A DNA stretch of 64,000 nucleotides from Pseudomonadota bacterium (GTDB lineage: Bacteria > Pseudomonadota > Alphaproteobacteria > Rhodobacterales > Rhodobacteraceae). The notes beneath the pieces were generated by a model. It saw nothing but the letters and a program-made list of their open reading frames with translations. It had not been told where the DNA came from and did no database searches. Made by a program: the position numbers and the translations under genes. The DNA lies in contig JBCBDL010000005.1 of NCBI GenBank assembly GCA_038529695.1, positions 1,449-65,448 on the forward strand. Reading direction: 5' to 3'. This document shows positions 9,818 to 19,247 of this stretch, in pieces; the first letter of the stretch is position 1; each line of letters begins with the position of its first letter.

Positions 9818-10201
9818 ATGGGCCTTGGTCATAACATCAAACGCATCTTTACCTGGTGGGACGGGCAATCGTTTGGCACCCAGCTTTGGACGCGCCGCCA
9901 TGGCGAAAAGGTCGGTGAGGATGCCGAAGGCAACGTGTTTTACCGCAACGCCGATGATAGCCGTCGCTGGGTGATCTATAACGGGGAAAACGAAGCCTCG
10001 CGGGTCAGTCCGGAATGGCATGGCTGGCTGCACCGGACCTGGGACGAACCGCCAACCGAAGCAAACCTGCGCCGCAAAGACTGGGAAAAGCCGCATCAGG
10101 AAAACCTGACCGGTACGATGGCCGCTTATGCGCCAACCGGGTCAATCCGCAAGGCCGCACCTGTAGAGCGCACCGATTACGAGGCTTGGTCGCCCGAATA
10201 G
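9818..10201 (+). CDS. NADH:ubiquinone oxidoreductase subunit NDUFA12 family
   Basis: 'GEDAEGN.FY', 'RRWVIY', 'V.PEWHGWLH', 'NLTGT..AY.P'. Confidence 0.92.
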   Translation: MGLGHNIKRIFTWWDGQSFGTQLWTRRHGEKVGEDAEGNVFYRNADDSRRWVIYNGENEASRVSPEWHGWLHRTWDEPPTEANLRRKDWEKPHQENLTGTMAAYAPTGSIRKAAPVERTDYEAWSPE

Positions 10202-10211
10202 GAGATCGGTT

Positions 10212-10571
10212 ATGCGGTGCATCGTGGTCATTCTGACAACACTTTTTCTGATAAATCCCGCTATCGCCCAAGAGGCCGTAACGGCGGATGGCGGGCAGAT
10301 CCGCGTCTTGGACAAGCTGACTGGCGAAGTGACTGATATGTCACTCCAGAATGGCGTGACCGAACGTTTGGGTTTTTTGTCGGTAACACTGAACCAGTGC
10401 CGCTACCCTGCCGCAAACCCGTCTGGCGATGCCTATGTCGAATTATATGTGACCTATCGGGATGACCCAGAGCCATTATTCAACGGCTGGATGCTCGCGT
10501 CATCCCCGGCACTGGAAGCGATGGATCACCCGCGGTACGATATCTGGGCGTTGCGCTGTATCACGTCCTGA
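10212..10571 (+). CDS. DUF2155 domain protein
   Basis: Signal peptide; 'LDKLTG', 'F.GWMLASSPAL.AMDHPRYDIW..RC'. Confidence 0.85.
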   Translation: MRCIVVILTTLFLINPAIAQEAVTADGGQIRVLDKLTGEVTDMSLQNGVTERLGFLSVTLNQCRYPAANPSGDAYVELYVTYRDDPEPLFNGWMLASSPALEAMDHPRYDIWALRCITS

Positions 10572-11185
10572 GCGTTTGGAATCGGTCCTTGTGCAGCAAA
10601 GTCGGCATTCGTCGTCAGTGCCTCTGCCAGTTTTTTCTGAAACATAGCGCGTGGGATTTCGATAGCGCCAAGTGACGCCAGATGCTGAGTGAGAAACTGT
10701 GTATCAAACAGCGAAAATCCCCCGATCCGCAGCCGGTCCACGAGGAAGGCAAGCGCGACCTTGGAGGCGTCTCTTGACTTGCTGAACATGCTCTCACCAA
10801 AAAACGCAGCCCCGATCGTCACACCATAGACGCCGCCTACCAGCTTGCCATCTTCCCAAACCTCAATTGAATGGGCGTGGTCATGCGAAAACAGCGCGCC
10901 GTAGAGCCCAAAGATTGTCTCATTTATCCAGGTTTCATCTCGGTCTGCGCATCCGCGCATCACTTCTTGAAATGCAGCATCGGCTGTCACGGTAAAGTGC
11001 CCACGCCGCATGGTCTTGGCCAGCGATCGCGAAATCCGGAACCCGCCTAGTGGAAAGATGCCGCGCAATTTTGGATCGACCCAAAAGACATCTGGATCGT
11101 CGCGCCCTTCGGACATCGGAAAAATGCCGACCTGGTAAGCCTGCAACAACAATTCCGGGGTGAGGGTCGCGTCAATGTCTTTCAC
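10526..11185 (-). CDS. aat: Leucyl/phenylalanyl-tRNA--protein transferase
   Basis: 'AY..GIFPM', 'AHSIEVW', 'FFGESMFS', 'ASKVAL', 'DTQF.T.HL.SLGA'. Confidence 0.95.
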   Translation of the reverse strand: MKDIDATLTPELLLQAYQVGIFPMSEGRDDPDVFWVDPKLRGIFPLGGFRISRSLAKTMRRGHFTVTADAAFQEVMRGCADRDETWINETIFGLYGALFSHDHAHSIEVWEDGKLVGGVYGVTIGAAFFGESMFSKSRDASKVALAFLVDRLRIGGFSLFDTQFLTQHLASLGAIEIPRAMFQKKLAEALTTNADFAAQGPIPNAQDVIQRNAQISYRG

Positions 11186-11190
11186 GCGAC

Positions 11191-12537
11191 CTAGCTTAGA
11201 TTCTGTTCTAGCCAGTGTTCAAGCCAATGGATGTTGTAATCACCCGATTGCACGGCTTGTTCGGCCAAGAGTGCATGGAAAAGCGGCACCGTTGTGTCGA
11301 CGCCGTCGACAATGAGTTCGCCCAATGCGCGGCCCAACCGCGCCAGCGCCTCTGGCCGATCACGCCCATGCACAATCAGTTTGCCGATCAGGCTGTCGTA
11401 ATATGGTGGGATTCGGTAGCCGTCATACAATGCGCTATCCATCCGAACGCCCAGGCCGCCGGGGGCGTGGTATTGCGTGATCGTGCCGGGGCAGGGTGCG
11501 AAGTTGGGCAGTTTCTCCGCATTAATCCGTACCTCAATGGAATGCCCGTTGATCTGCAGATCGTCTTGGCTGAATGACATCGGCATGCCTGCCGCGACGC
11601 GCAGTTGTTCGCGCACAAGGTCCACGCCGAAAATGCTTTCGGTCACAGGGTGTTCGACCTGCAGGCGGGTGTTCATTTCGATGAAATAGAATTCATCATT
11701 TTCAAACAGAAATTCGATTGTGCCTGCGCCAATATAGTTGATCTTGGCGACTGCATCCGCGCAGACCTTGCCGATCTTCGCTCGTAGTTCGGAGGTGATA
11801 CAGGGACCGGGGGCCTCTTCAAACACCTTTTGATGGCGGCGCTGCAACGAACAATCACGCTCGCCTAGATGGACAGCATTGCCTTTGCCGTCGCCGAAAA
11901 CCTGAATCTCGATATGGCGCGGGGTGGTGAGGTATTTTTCAATATAGACCTCGTCATTGCCGAATGCCGCTTTGCCCTCGGCGCGCGCTGACATGAATGC
12001 CTTTTCCATGTCGTCGGCCGTCTGGGCAACCTTCATACCCCGTCCACCGCCGCCTGCAGTGGCCTTGATGATGACCGGATATCCGATTTCTTCCCCGATG
12101 CGTTTGGCATCTTCCAGCGTGGGCACGCCGCCATCCGATCCCGGCACACATGGCACGCCCAGTTCCTTCATCGTGTCCTTGGCGGTGATCTTGTCACCCA
12201 TGATACGAATATGTTCGGCTGTAGGGCCGATAAAGGTAATGTCGTGATCCTCGACAACCTGCACGAAGGATGCGTTTTCCGAAAGGAACCCATAGCCAGG
12301 ATGGATCGCCTGGGCACCGGTGATTTCGCAAGCAGAGATGATAGCCGGGAAGGACAGATAGCTTTGCGAGGATGAGGGTGGACCGATGCAAATCGCCTCA
12401 TCCGCCATGCGCACATGCATCGCGTCGGCATCAGCGGTGGAGTGGACAGCGACCGATTTCACGCCCATCTCGCGGCAGGCGCGGACAACACGAAGGGCGA
12501 TTTCGCCCCGGTTTGCGATCAGAATTTTGTCGAACAT
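11191..12537 (-). CDS. accC: Acetyl-CoA carboxylase biotin carboxylase subunit
   Basis: '[10 protein letters not shown]', 'GGGGRGM', '[12 protein letters not shown]', '[13 protein letters not shown]'. Confidence 0.97.
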   Translation of the reverse strand: MFDKILIANRGEIALRVVRACREMGVKSVAVHSTADADAMHVRMADEAICIGPPSSSQSYLSFPAIISACEITGAQAIHPGYGFLSENASFVQVVEDHDITFIGPTAEHIRIMGDKITAKDTMKELGVPCVPGSDGGVPTLEDAKRIGEEIGYPVIIKATAGGGGRGMKVAQTADDMEKAFMSARAEGKAAFGNDEVYIEKYLTTPRHIEIQVFGDGKGNAVHLGERDCSLQRRHQKVFEEAPGPCITSELRAKIGKVCADAVAKINYIGAGTIEFLFENDEFYFIEMNTRLQVEHPVTESIFGVDLVREQLRVAAGMPMSFSQDDLQINGHSIEVRINAEKLPNFAPCPGTITQYHAPGGLGVRMDSALYDGYRIPPYYDSLIGKLIVHGRDRPEALARLGRALGELIVDGVDTTVPLFHALLAEQAVQSGDYNIHWLEHWLEQNLS

Positions 12538-12546
12538 CGCCGGGGC

Positions 12547-13047
12547 CTATTCGATGATCATAAGAGGGGCGCCGAATTCGACCGCGCCGCCGTCTTCGAC
12601 CATGATCCTTTTGATCGTGCCTGCGCGCGGTGCCGGAATGTGGTTCATCGTCTTCATCGCTTCGATGATCAGCAGTGTGTCGCCTTCTTTGACATCTGCA
12701 CCGATGCTGACAAAGGGGGGTGCACCAGGCTCCGGGGCGATGTAGATCGTGCCGACCATCGGTGAGGTGACGGCACCGGGATGACTTGCGGGATCAGATG
12801 CTTCGGTTGGGGCGGCTGTGGCTGGCGCAGGGGCAGATGGGGCGACAGGTGCAGGATTGGTGACAGGGACAACATTTGTCGGGGCGGGAATGGCGGTTTG
12901 GGTCTGGCGGCTGACGCGTACGTTCAGGCTGTTGTTTTCACCGTAGTCCCGTTTGACCTGCAATTCGGTCAGGTCGTTTTCGCGAAGCAGCTCTGCGAGT
13001 GCCTGAATAAAGCTGACATCGCTGTCGTGAGGTGTGTTCTTACTCAT
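12547..13047 (-). CDS. accB: Acetyl-CoA carboxylase biotin carboxyl carrier protein
   Basis: 'SPMVGT.Y', 'EAMKTMN' biotinyl-lysine, Pro/Ala linker. Confidence 0.96.
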   Translation of the reverse strand: MSKNTPHDSDVSFIQALAELLRENDLTELQVKRDYGENNSLNVRVSRQTQTAIPAPTNVVPVTNPAPVAPSAPAPATAAPTEASDPASHPGAVTSPMVGTIYIAPEPGAPPFVSIGADVKEGDTLLIIEAMKTMNHIPAPRAGTIKRIMVEDGGAVEFGAPLMIIE

Positions 13048-13165
13048 CTTGTCCTCGGCCCGTTGCCCTATTGTGTGCATTCGGCGACGTTGCGTCACAA
13101 ATGCTTGGTCGCTTATAGGGCAACCCTGCGAGGGTGGAAAGCGGCGGAGGATTGAAAAATTTGGC

Positions 13166-13627
13166 TTAGCTGTCGTCGGCTACAGGCTCCGGTTTTGCTG
13201 TTTCTGTGGCGTCACTTTTCGACGCGGTGCTTAAGCGTGCCTCATCTGCGTCATTGGTACTTGCGGTTCGTTTTGCGCTTAAGTCAGTCGGCGGTTGTGC
13301 AACCTTGTCTTCCGCTTTTACTTTTTCAGCAGCAGCTTCTTGCGTCGCCGGTTTGGGGTCTGCCCTATCCTCGGATGGTAGCATGGGCGTACCGTATGGA
13401 CGCAGTGTACGGTCTGACGGTGCAATTTCACCGGGTTGTGCCGGGAATTCCGCACCGGACAGCCGCGCGCTCACGACTTGGGCCACAAAGGGTTTGTTGG
13501 CAGGCAGCGTGGCAGCCCCTTCAAATCCTTTGACCACTGGCACCTTGTTGTCGCGTGGCGGTTCGCGTTCGGCCACGTAAGGGATAGCCGCAACTGTTTT
13601 GGGGGCGAAGGTGAGTGTTGTGTCCAT
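13166..13627 (-). CDS. Hypothetical protein with low-complexity Ala/charged C-terminus
   Basis: Only long ORF that fills the accB-livF gap; no recognised domain. Confidence 0.55.
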   Translation of the reverse strand: MDTTLTFAPKTVAAIPYVAEREPPRDNKVPVVKGFEGAATLPANKPFVAQVVSARLSGAEFPAQPGEIAPSDRTLRPYGTPMLPSEDRADPKPATQEAAAEKVKAEDKVAQPPTDLSAKRTASTNDADEARLSTASKSDATETAKPEPVADDS

Positions 13628-13730
13628 CTGCTCAGGCTCCAATCCGCAATTTACTTGATGCTAAGAATCGCAAACGGGCCCTAACAGTTGGTAAAGGCCC
13701 GTCTCCCAAATCTGTCGTATTTTAGTCAAA

Positions 13731-14480
13731 TCAGATTGCCAGGTATTGCGCCCGCAAAGCTTCATCATCCAGCACCTCTTGCGCTGAGCCGTCAAAGACA
13801 ACGGTGCCGGTGTCAAGGATCACGGCCCGGTCAGCCAGCTTCAAGGCAGCCACTGCATTCTGTTCAACGATAACGGTTGTAATCCCCTGATCGCGAATGA
13901 TGCCGAGTGTCTTTGCGATCTCTTGCACGATAACAGGCGCCAGCCCTTCATATGGTTCATCAAGCAATAAGACCTTAATGTCGCGGGCCAAGGCACGTGC
14001 GATCGAAAGCATCTGCTGTTCGCCGCCCGACAGCGTCACGCCTTCCTGTTTGCGCCGTTCGCCCAATCGTGGAAACAGATCATACAACCGGTCCAGCGAC
14101 CAACCATGAGGCGGAGCGATTTGCGCCAGTTGCAGATTTTCCTCGACCGTGAGGCCTGGGATGATCCGGCGATCTTCGGGGACCAGCGCGATCCCGTTTT
14201 GGGCAGCCTCGTGGCTTTTCATCTCGTGCAATGGCTTATGGTCCAGCCAGATTTCCCCGTGGGTGAGGGCAGGGTCATCAAGCCGCGCGATCGTGCGCAA
14301 GGTCGATGTCTTGCCAGCACCGTTGCGACCCAAAAGGGCAAGGATTTCACCTTCGTGGATGTTAAAGCTGATGTTCTGAACGATGTAGCTTTCTCCGTAA
14401 TAAGCCTCAATTTCCCAGATGCTTAAGTAGGCGGGGTGTGTGGCCGCGTTATTGGCGTGTTTGTTGAATGGTGCATTCAT
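13731..14480 (-). CDS. LIV-type ABC transporter ATPase (LivF-like)
   Basis: 'GRNGAGKT', 'VPEDRRI', 'LSGGEQQML', 'LDEPYEGLAP'. Confidence 0.92.
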   Translation of the reverse strand: MNAPFNKHANNAATHPAYLSIWEIEAYYGESYIVQNISFNIHEGEILALLGRNGAGKTSTLRTIARLDDPALTHGEIWLDHKPLHEMKSHEAAQNGIALVPEDRRIIPGLTVEENLQLAQIAPPHGWSLDRLYDLFPRLGERRKQEGVTLSGGEQQMLSIARALARDIKVLLLDEPYEGLAPVIVQEIAKTLGIIRDQGITTVIVEQNAVAALKLADRAVILDTGTVVFDGSAQEVLDDEALRAQYLAI

Positions 14481-14503
14481 TCTGTATCTCCGGTTTTCGG
14501 GCA

Positions 14504-14549
14504 CAAAACTCTTGAAAGAGTTTTGCCAAGACTTTTCGAAAAGTCTTGG
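14504..14549. repeat. Two abutting palindromes (REP-like double hairpin)
   Basis: CAAAACTCTT-GA-AAGAGTTTTG (14504-14525) directly followed by perfect 24-mer CCAAGACTTTTCGAAAAGTCTTGG (14526-14549). Confidence 0.8.
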
Positions 14550-14551
14550 GG

Positions 14552-15310
14552 CTAGACCTGGGCCTCCCCGAGATAGGCTTCGCGGACTTTCGGGTGTCCT
14601 TTGATATTGTCGGGCGTGTCTTCAACCAGCGGGGTACCTTGAGCCAGCACGGTAATGCGCTCGGCGAGCGAGAAGACAACGTTCATATCGTGTTCGATAA
14701 TGGCCATTGTGATCCCCCGTTTTTCGCGGATTTCCTTGAGAAGCGCGATGGTGTTTTGCGTATCCGCGCGCGCCATCCCCGCCGTGGGTTCATCCAGCAG
14801 CAACAGTCGCGGGTCCTGGACCAGACACATTGCCATTTCCAGCCGCCGTTTGTCGCCGCGGGACAGGCTGGATGCGATCATGTCCTTTTTTTCCAGCATA
14901 TTCACATCATCCAGGATCGCCTCGGCCTGCCCCTGAATGCCGCGTTCGGCAAAGATACTTTCAATCGCATGCATCCGAAACGCCCCATCGCGCTTGGCAA
15001 AGCAGGGGATCATGACGTTTTCGAACACGCTCAGATCGCTGAAAATCTCCGGCGTTTGGAACACACGGGAAATGCCCATCTGATTAATCTCATGCGGTTT
15101 GCGCCCAAGTACGGATTGCCCATCAAACATGACCGAGCCGCTATCGGGGATCAGTTTGCCCACCAGCACATTCAGCAGCGTCGATTTCCCGGCCCCGTTC
15201 GGACCGATGATTGCATGTGTTGTGTTCTCGGCCACGCTCAGGTTCACGTCCCCCAGCGCTTGCAGCCCGCCGAACCGTTTGTTGATGCCCTTAACTTCAA
15301 GGATACCCAT
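14552..15310 (-). CDS. LIV-type ABC transporter ATPase (LivG-like)
   Basis: 'FGGLQAL', 'GPNGAGKS', 'LLDEPTAGM', 'IEHDM', 'V.EAYLG'. Confidence 0.92.
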   Translation of the reverse strand: MGILEVKGINKRFGGLQALGDVNLSVAENTTHAIIGPNGAGKSTLLNVLVGKLIPDSGSVMFDGQSVLGRKPHEINQMGISRVFQTPEIFSDLSVFENVMIPCFAKRDGAFRMHAIESIFAERGIQGQAEAILDDVNMLEKKDMIASSLSRGDKRRLEMAMCLVQDPRLLLLDEPTAGMARADTQNTIALLKEIREKRGITMAIIEHDMNVVFSLAERITVLAQGTPLVEDTPDNIKGHPKVREAYLGEAQV

Positions 15311-15322
15311 GACTTCAACTCC

Positions 15323-16522
15323 TTACTCAGCCGGTTCGGTGGCGTTGGGTTTTGTGGGTTCCGGTTTCTTGCGCCGGAAGAGGCCTATGATCTTTTGACC
15401 ACCCTGTACAAGGCCACCCGGCAGGAAAATGACCACCAGCATGAACACGATGCCCAAGGTCAGGTGCCAGCCCTTGCCGATGAACGGATAGATCATCGCG
15501 ACCACGAAATTCTCTAATCCATCGGGCAGGAACGCGAACCAGCCATGCAGGATTGTTTCATTAATCTTCGAGAAGATGTTTTCGAAATATTTGATCATGC
15601 CCGCACCCAGCACCGGCCCGATCAGTGTGCCAGCACCGCCGAGAATTGTCATCAGCACGACCTCGCCCGAGGCGGTCCATTGCATCCGCTCTGCCCCGGC
15701 GAGCGGGTCCATGGAGGCCATGAGGCCACCGGCAAGCCCTGCATACATGCCGGAGATGACAAAGGCCGCGAGTGTGTAGGGTTTTGCGTTGAGGCCCGTG
15801 TAACTCATCCGGGTCTGGTTCGATTTGATTGCCCGCAGCATCATGCCGAACGGGGAGCGGAAGATGCGGATGGCGAGATAGAAAGACAGGATCATGAAGA
15901 AGGCCGCAAGGTAGTAGCCCGCGTTGAAGGTGAAGAGCCATGCACCAACCTCCAACTCATAGCTCGACCGCATCTCCAGCCCGAAGAGCGCGGGAACGGG
16001 GATGTTCCCGCTTTCCGTTTGCGACACACCAAGGATGCGTGGATCATCCAGTGCCAGTTGTAGACCCGTCTCTCCGCCAGTGATCGGTGTCAGGACCGAA
16101 TAGGCGAGGGCGAAGGACATCTGTGCAAAGGCCAGCGTCAGGATGGAAAAGTAAATACCGGATCGCCGCAGTGAGATGAACCCGATGATGAGCGAGAAGA
16201 GGCCCGCAATGATGACGCTCAGGATGATGGCGGGCAGTACGTTCATGCTGAGAAGCTTGAACATCCACACGGCAGCGTAGGATCCGACACCCAGGAACGC
16301 GGCGTGCCCGAAGGACAGATACCCCGTTAGCCCGAAGAGTATATTGAACCCGATCGCGAAGATGCCAAAGATCACAAAGCGCTGCATCAGGTCGGGATAG
16401 CCCGCATTGAACTGCGCCATCTCAGACCCTTCTGGGAAGGGGTTCAGAATGAAGGGAGCGAATAACGTCAGACCAATCACGATCATCAGGAGGCGGAAGT
16501 CTTTTTTCTCAAGTCCGAGCAT
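15323..16522 (-). CDS. LIV-type ABC permease (LivM-like)
   Basis: '[13 protein letters not shown]', '[12 protein letters not shown]', '[11 protein letters not shown]'. Confidence 0.9.
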   Translation of the reverse strand: MLGLEKKDFRLLMIVIGLTLFAPFILNPFPEGSEMAQFNAGYPDLMQRFVIFGIFAIGFNILFGLTGYLSFGHAAFLGVGSYAAVWMFKLLSMNVLPAIILSVIIAGLFSLIIGFISLRRSGIYFSILTLAFAQMSFALAYSVLTPITGGETGLQLALDDPRILGVSQTESGNIPVPALFGLEMRSSYELEVGAWLFTFNAGYYLAAFFMILSFYLAIRIFRSPFGMMLRAIKSNQTRMSYTGLNAKPYTLAAFVISGMYAGLAGGLMASMDPLAGAERMQWTASGEVVLMTILGGAGTLIGPVLGAGMIKYFENIFSKINETILHGWFAFLPDGLENFVVAMIYPFIGKGWHLTLGIVFMLVVIFLPGGLVQGGQKIIGLFRRKKPEPTKPNATEPAE

Positions 16523-16525
16523 GGC

Positions 16526-17557
16526 TTATTCCTCCATCACGCCTTTGCGGCCCATCAGGCCACGCGGACGCGTCAACAGAATGATGATGGCGACCAGATA
16601 GATGATGATCTGGTTGATGCCTGGCAGCAGGTCTATGACTGCGGGGACCGAGGCGAAGCTTTCTAGTATACCCAGCAGAAACCCGGCGGCGACAGCACCG
16701 GGAAGGGATCCCATACCGCCGACAACCACGACAACGAAGCTGAGCACAAGGAAATCCATCCCCATGTGATAATTCGGCGAACTGATCGGCGCATACATCA
16801 CGCCCGCCAGACCTGCCACAGCGGCGGCGATGCCGAACATGATCGTGAAGCGCCGGTCAATATCGATGCCGAGGATGCCCACTGTTTCACGGTCTGCCAT
16901 CCCTGCGCGCACGACCATGCCGAAGGTCGTGAATTGGAGGAACGCAAAGACTGCGCCGATGATTGTGATGGCGAAGAAGAAATACACAAGCCGCCAGTAC
17001 GGATAGATGATGGCGTTAGGGTCAAAGCCAAATGCAACGCCGAAATCGAAACTGCCGACAAAGGCTTCTGGTGCTGGTGTGGGAATTGGGTTTGCGCCGT
17101 AGAAATACTTGATGATTTCCTGGATAACGATGGCCAGGCCAAAGGTCACCAGGATCTGGTCGGCATGCGGGCGCTTGTAGAAGTGTTTGATCAGGCCGCG
17201 CTCCATCGCAAAGCCGATCAGAACCATGATGGGGATTGCGACAAGGATCGCGAGTGGTACGGCCCAGTCGATGATGACGTTGCCTGCGGCCTCTCCAAAA
17301 AAGTCATAGACGTAAGGCACGTCGACCTGCAGGGGATTGCCCAGGAAATCCGTCCGCGTTTCATCCACAACCTTGTGGCTGAGAGTAAGGACATTGCTGA
17401 GCGTGACCGCCACAAACGCACCCAACATGAACAACGCCCCATGGGCAAAGTTCACCACACCCAGCGTGCCGAATATGAGTGTGAGCCCCAACGCGATCAG
17501 CGCATAGGCCGAGCCTTTGTCGAGCCCGTTCAGGATTTGCAGAATAAACTGGTCCAT
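16526..17557 (-). CDS. LIV-type ABC permease (LivH-like)
   Basis: 'YALIALGLTLIFG.LGVVNFAHG', 'FVVVVVGGMGS'. Confidence 0.9.
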   Translation of the reverse strand: MDQFILQILNGLDKGSAYALIALGLTLIFGTLGVVNFAHGALFMLGAFVAVTLSNVLTLSHKVVDETRTDFLGNPLQVDVPYVYDFFGEAAGNVIIDWAVPLAILVAIPIMVLIGFAMERGLIKHFYKRPHADQILVTFGLAIVIQEIIKYFYGANPIPTPAPEAFVGSFDFGVAFGFDPNAIIYPYWRLVYFFFAITIIGAVFAFLQFTTFGMVVRAGMADRETVGILGIDIDRRFTIMFGIAAAVAGLAGVMYAPISSPNYHMGMDFLVLSFVVVVVGGMGSLPGAVAAGFLLGILESFASVPAVIDLLPGINQIIIYLVAIIILLTRPRGLMGRKGVMEE

Positions 17558-17679
17558 AATGTGACCTCTGATCGGTTAGAGACTGGGCAGACAGCCCATT
17601 GCACATGCCGCAAATCCACTGCGACAGATGATCGGGTGGTAGTCAGGGCCACCGGGATGTCCGATGGCCCAGTGTTGGC

Positions 17680-19026
17680 TTAGGCGCCTGGGTTGCAGGA
17701 CCCCAACGCACCGCCCGCAAACTGCGGATGATCAGGTGCATAGGTGACCTGTTCGACAGGCGTGACCTCAACGATTTCGAGCAGGTCGAATTCGTTGTCT
17801 GGGTTCTCTTTCCCTTTCACGACCAATACGTCTTTGAAGCACTGGTGGTCTTCGGCGCGGTAAAGCGTTGGTCCATTGCCCAACCCGTCGAACTCGAAGT
17901 CTTCAAGCGCTTCGACAACTGCGCATGGGTTGAACGACCCAGCGCGTGTCACGGCATCCGCATAAAGCAATGTCTGGACATAACAGGTATGCGCCGCCTG
18001 TGATGGTGGGAAGCCGTATTTGGTGCCGAACGACCGTACAAACGCCTGGCTGCCTGCATCCTGAAGCGACCAGTGCCAGTTTGTCGAGCCGAAGATACCC
18101 TTCACGTTGGCACCGGCACCCTTCGCCATCAGACGCGAATAGAGTGGGACAACAATCTCAAAATCTTTGCCGTTGGCCTGGGCCTCACGCAGACCAAACT
18201 GCACGGCGTTGGTCAGCGAGTTGACCATGTTGCCGCCATAGTGGTTCAGCACCAAGACGTCGGCGCCAGAGTTCAAGACAGGTGCGATATAGGATGAGAA
18301 GTCTGTTTGTGTCAGCGGTGTCAGCACCGTGTTGACTGTTTCCCAACCCATGGCTTCGGTCGAGGATTGCACGGCTTCTTGCGTGGTGTAGCCCCAGTTA
18401 TAGTCCGCTGTCAGGTGATAAGCCTTGCGGTCTTTGCCGTAGTTGGCTTCGAGCACTGGTGCCAGCGCGGCCCCGGACATGTAGGAGTTGAAGAAATGGC
18501 GGAACCCGTTGGCACGGCGGTCTTTTCCGGTTGTGTCGTTGGAATGTGTCAGACCGGCCATGAAGATGATCCCGGCCTCTTGGCACAGGGCTTGCACGGC
18601 GACGGCCACACCGGATGAAGATCCGCCCGTGATCATCACAGCGCCGTCTTTTTCGATCATCGACCGGGCAGAGGCACGCGCTGCATCGGATTTGGTCTGC
18701 GTATCTCCAGTCACATATTTGACTTCGCGGCCCAGAATGCCCGCACCGTCGAGCGCCTGTGATGAGAATGTCGACATCATGCCGCCATCACCGCCGCCAT
18801 TGAGATGCTCGACTGCCAGCTCATACGCGCGCAGTTCGTCTGCGCCTTCATCGGCGTAAGGACCGGTCTGCGGGACGTTGAAGCCGAGAATGACCTCGCT
18901 ATCGCCAGGGGCGTTGGTAAAGCCTGTATGGCCATCTGCACGCAGATACTGAGGCAGCGCAAGACCCGCGCTGGCGACCATGCCAGTTTTGAGCACGCCG
19001 CGGCGCGAGAATTTCGAATTGGACAT
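17680..19026 (-). CDS. LIV-family ABC substrate-binding protein with Tat signal
   Basis: 'SRRGVLK' twin-arginine motif; 'VPQTGPYADEG', 'ADYNWG' type I periplasmic-binding pattern. Confidence 0.88.
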   Translation of the reverse strand: MSNSKFSRRGVLKTGMVASAGLALPQYLRADGHTGFTNAPGDSEVILGFNVPQTGPYADEGADELRAYELAVEHLNGGGDGGMMSTFSSQALDGAGILGREVKYVTGDTQTKSDAARASARSMIEKDGAVMITGGSSSGVAVAVQALCQEAGIIFMAGLTHSNDTTGKDRRANGFRHFFNSYMSGAALAPVLEANYGKDRKAYHLTADYNWGYTTQEAVQSSTEAMGWETVNTVLTPLTQTDFSSYIAPVLNSGADVLVLNHYGGNMVNSLTNAVQFGLREAQANGKDFEIVVPLYSRLMAKGAGANVKGIFGSTNWHWSLQDAGSQAFVRSFGTKYGFPPSQAAHTCYVQTLLYADAVTRAGSFNPCAVVEALEDFEFDGLGNGPTLYRAEDHQCFKDVLVVKGKENPDNEFDLLEIVEVTPVEQVTYAPDHPQFAGGALGSCNPGA

Positions 19027-19155
19027 TATTATCCTCCCTAAAGTTTTTTGCCAGTCCAGACCTCCTCGTCCAGACGGCGTGCACCCTCCGATGCCGTGCT
19101 AGTGTCAGGGAGACGATGTGAAATCAGCAACAAGCCATTGAGACTGCTGGACTTA

Positions 19156-19195
19156 TTTGTAAAAAAATGTACAGATTATGGGAAATAAATGTAAA
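19156..19195. promoter_or_regulatory. Candidate ScfR/RamB-family operator boxes
   Basis: TTTGTAAA (19156), AATGTACA (19166), AATGTAAA (19188) in the AT-rich divergent spacer. Confidence 0.35.
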
Positions 19196-19247
19196 TCTGT
19201 TTTCCTGCACCTGCAGAAAGCGATTGAAACTGTTAAGGGATTTTTCG

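Noticed and set aside
13650-13695. CtrA-like TTAA-N7-TTAA sites upstream of the 13627 gene
   Set aside because: At least two mismatches; expected by chance in AT-rich spacers
14546-17683. Long + strand ORFs 14546..15517 and 16766..17683
   Set aside because: Antisense shadows of the LIV ABC genes; no RBS and no recognisable domain, as expected in GC-rich coding DNA
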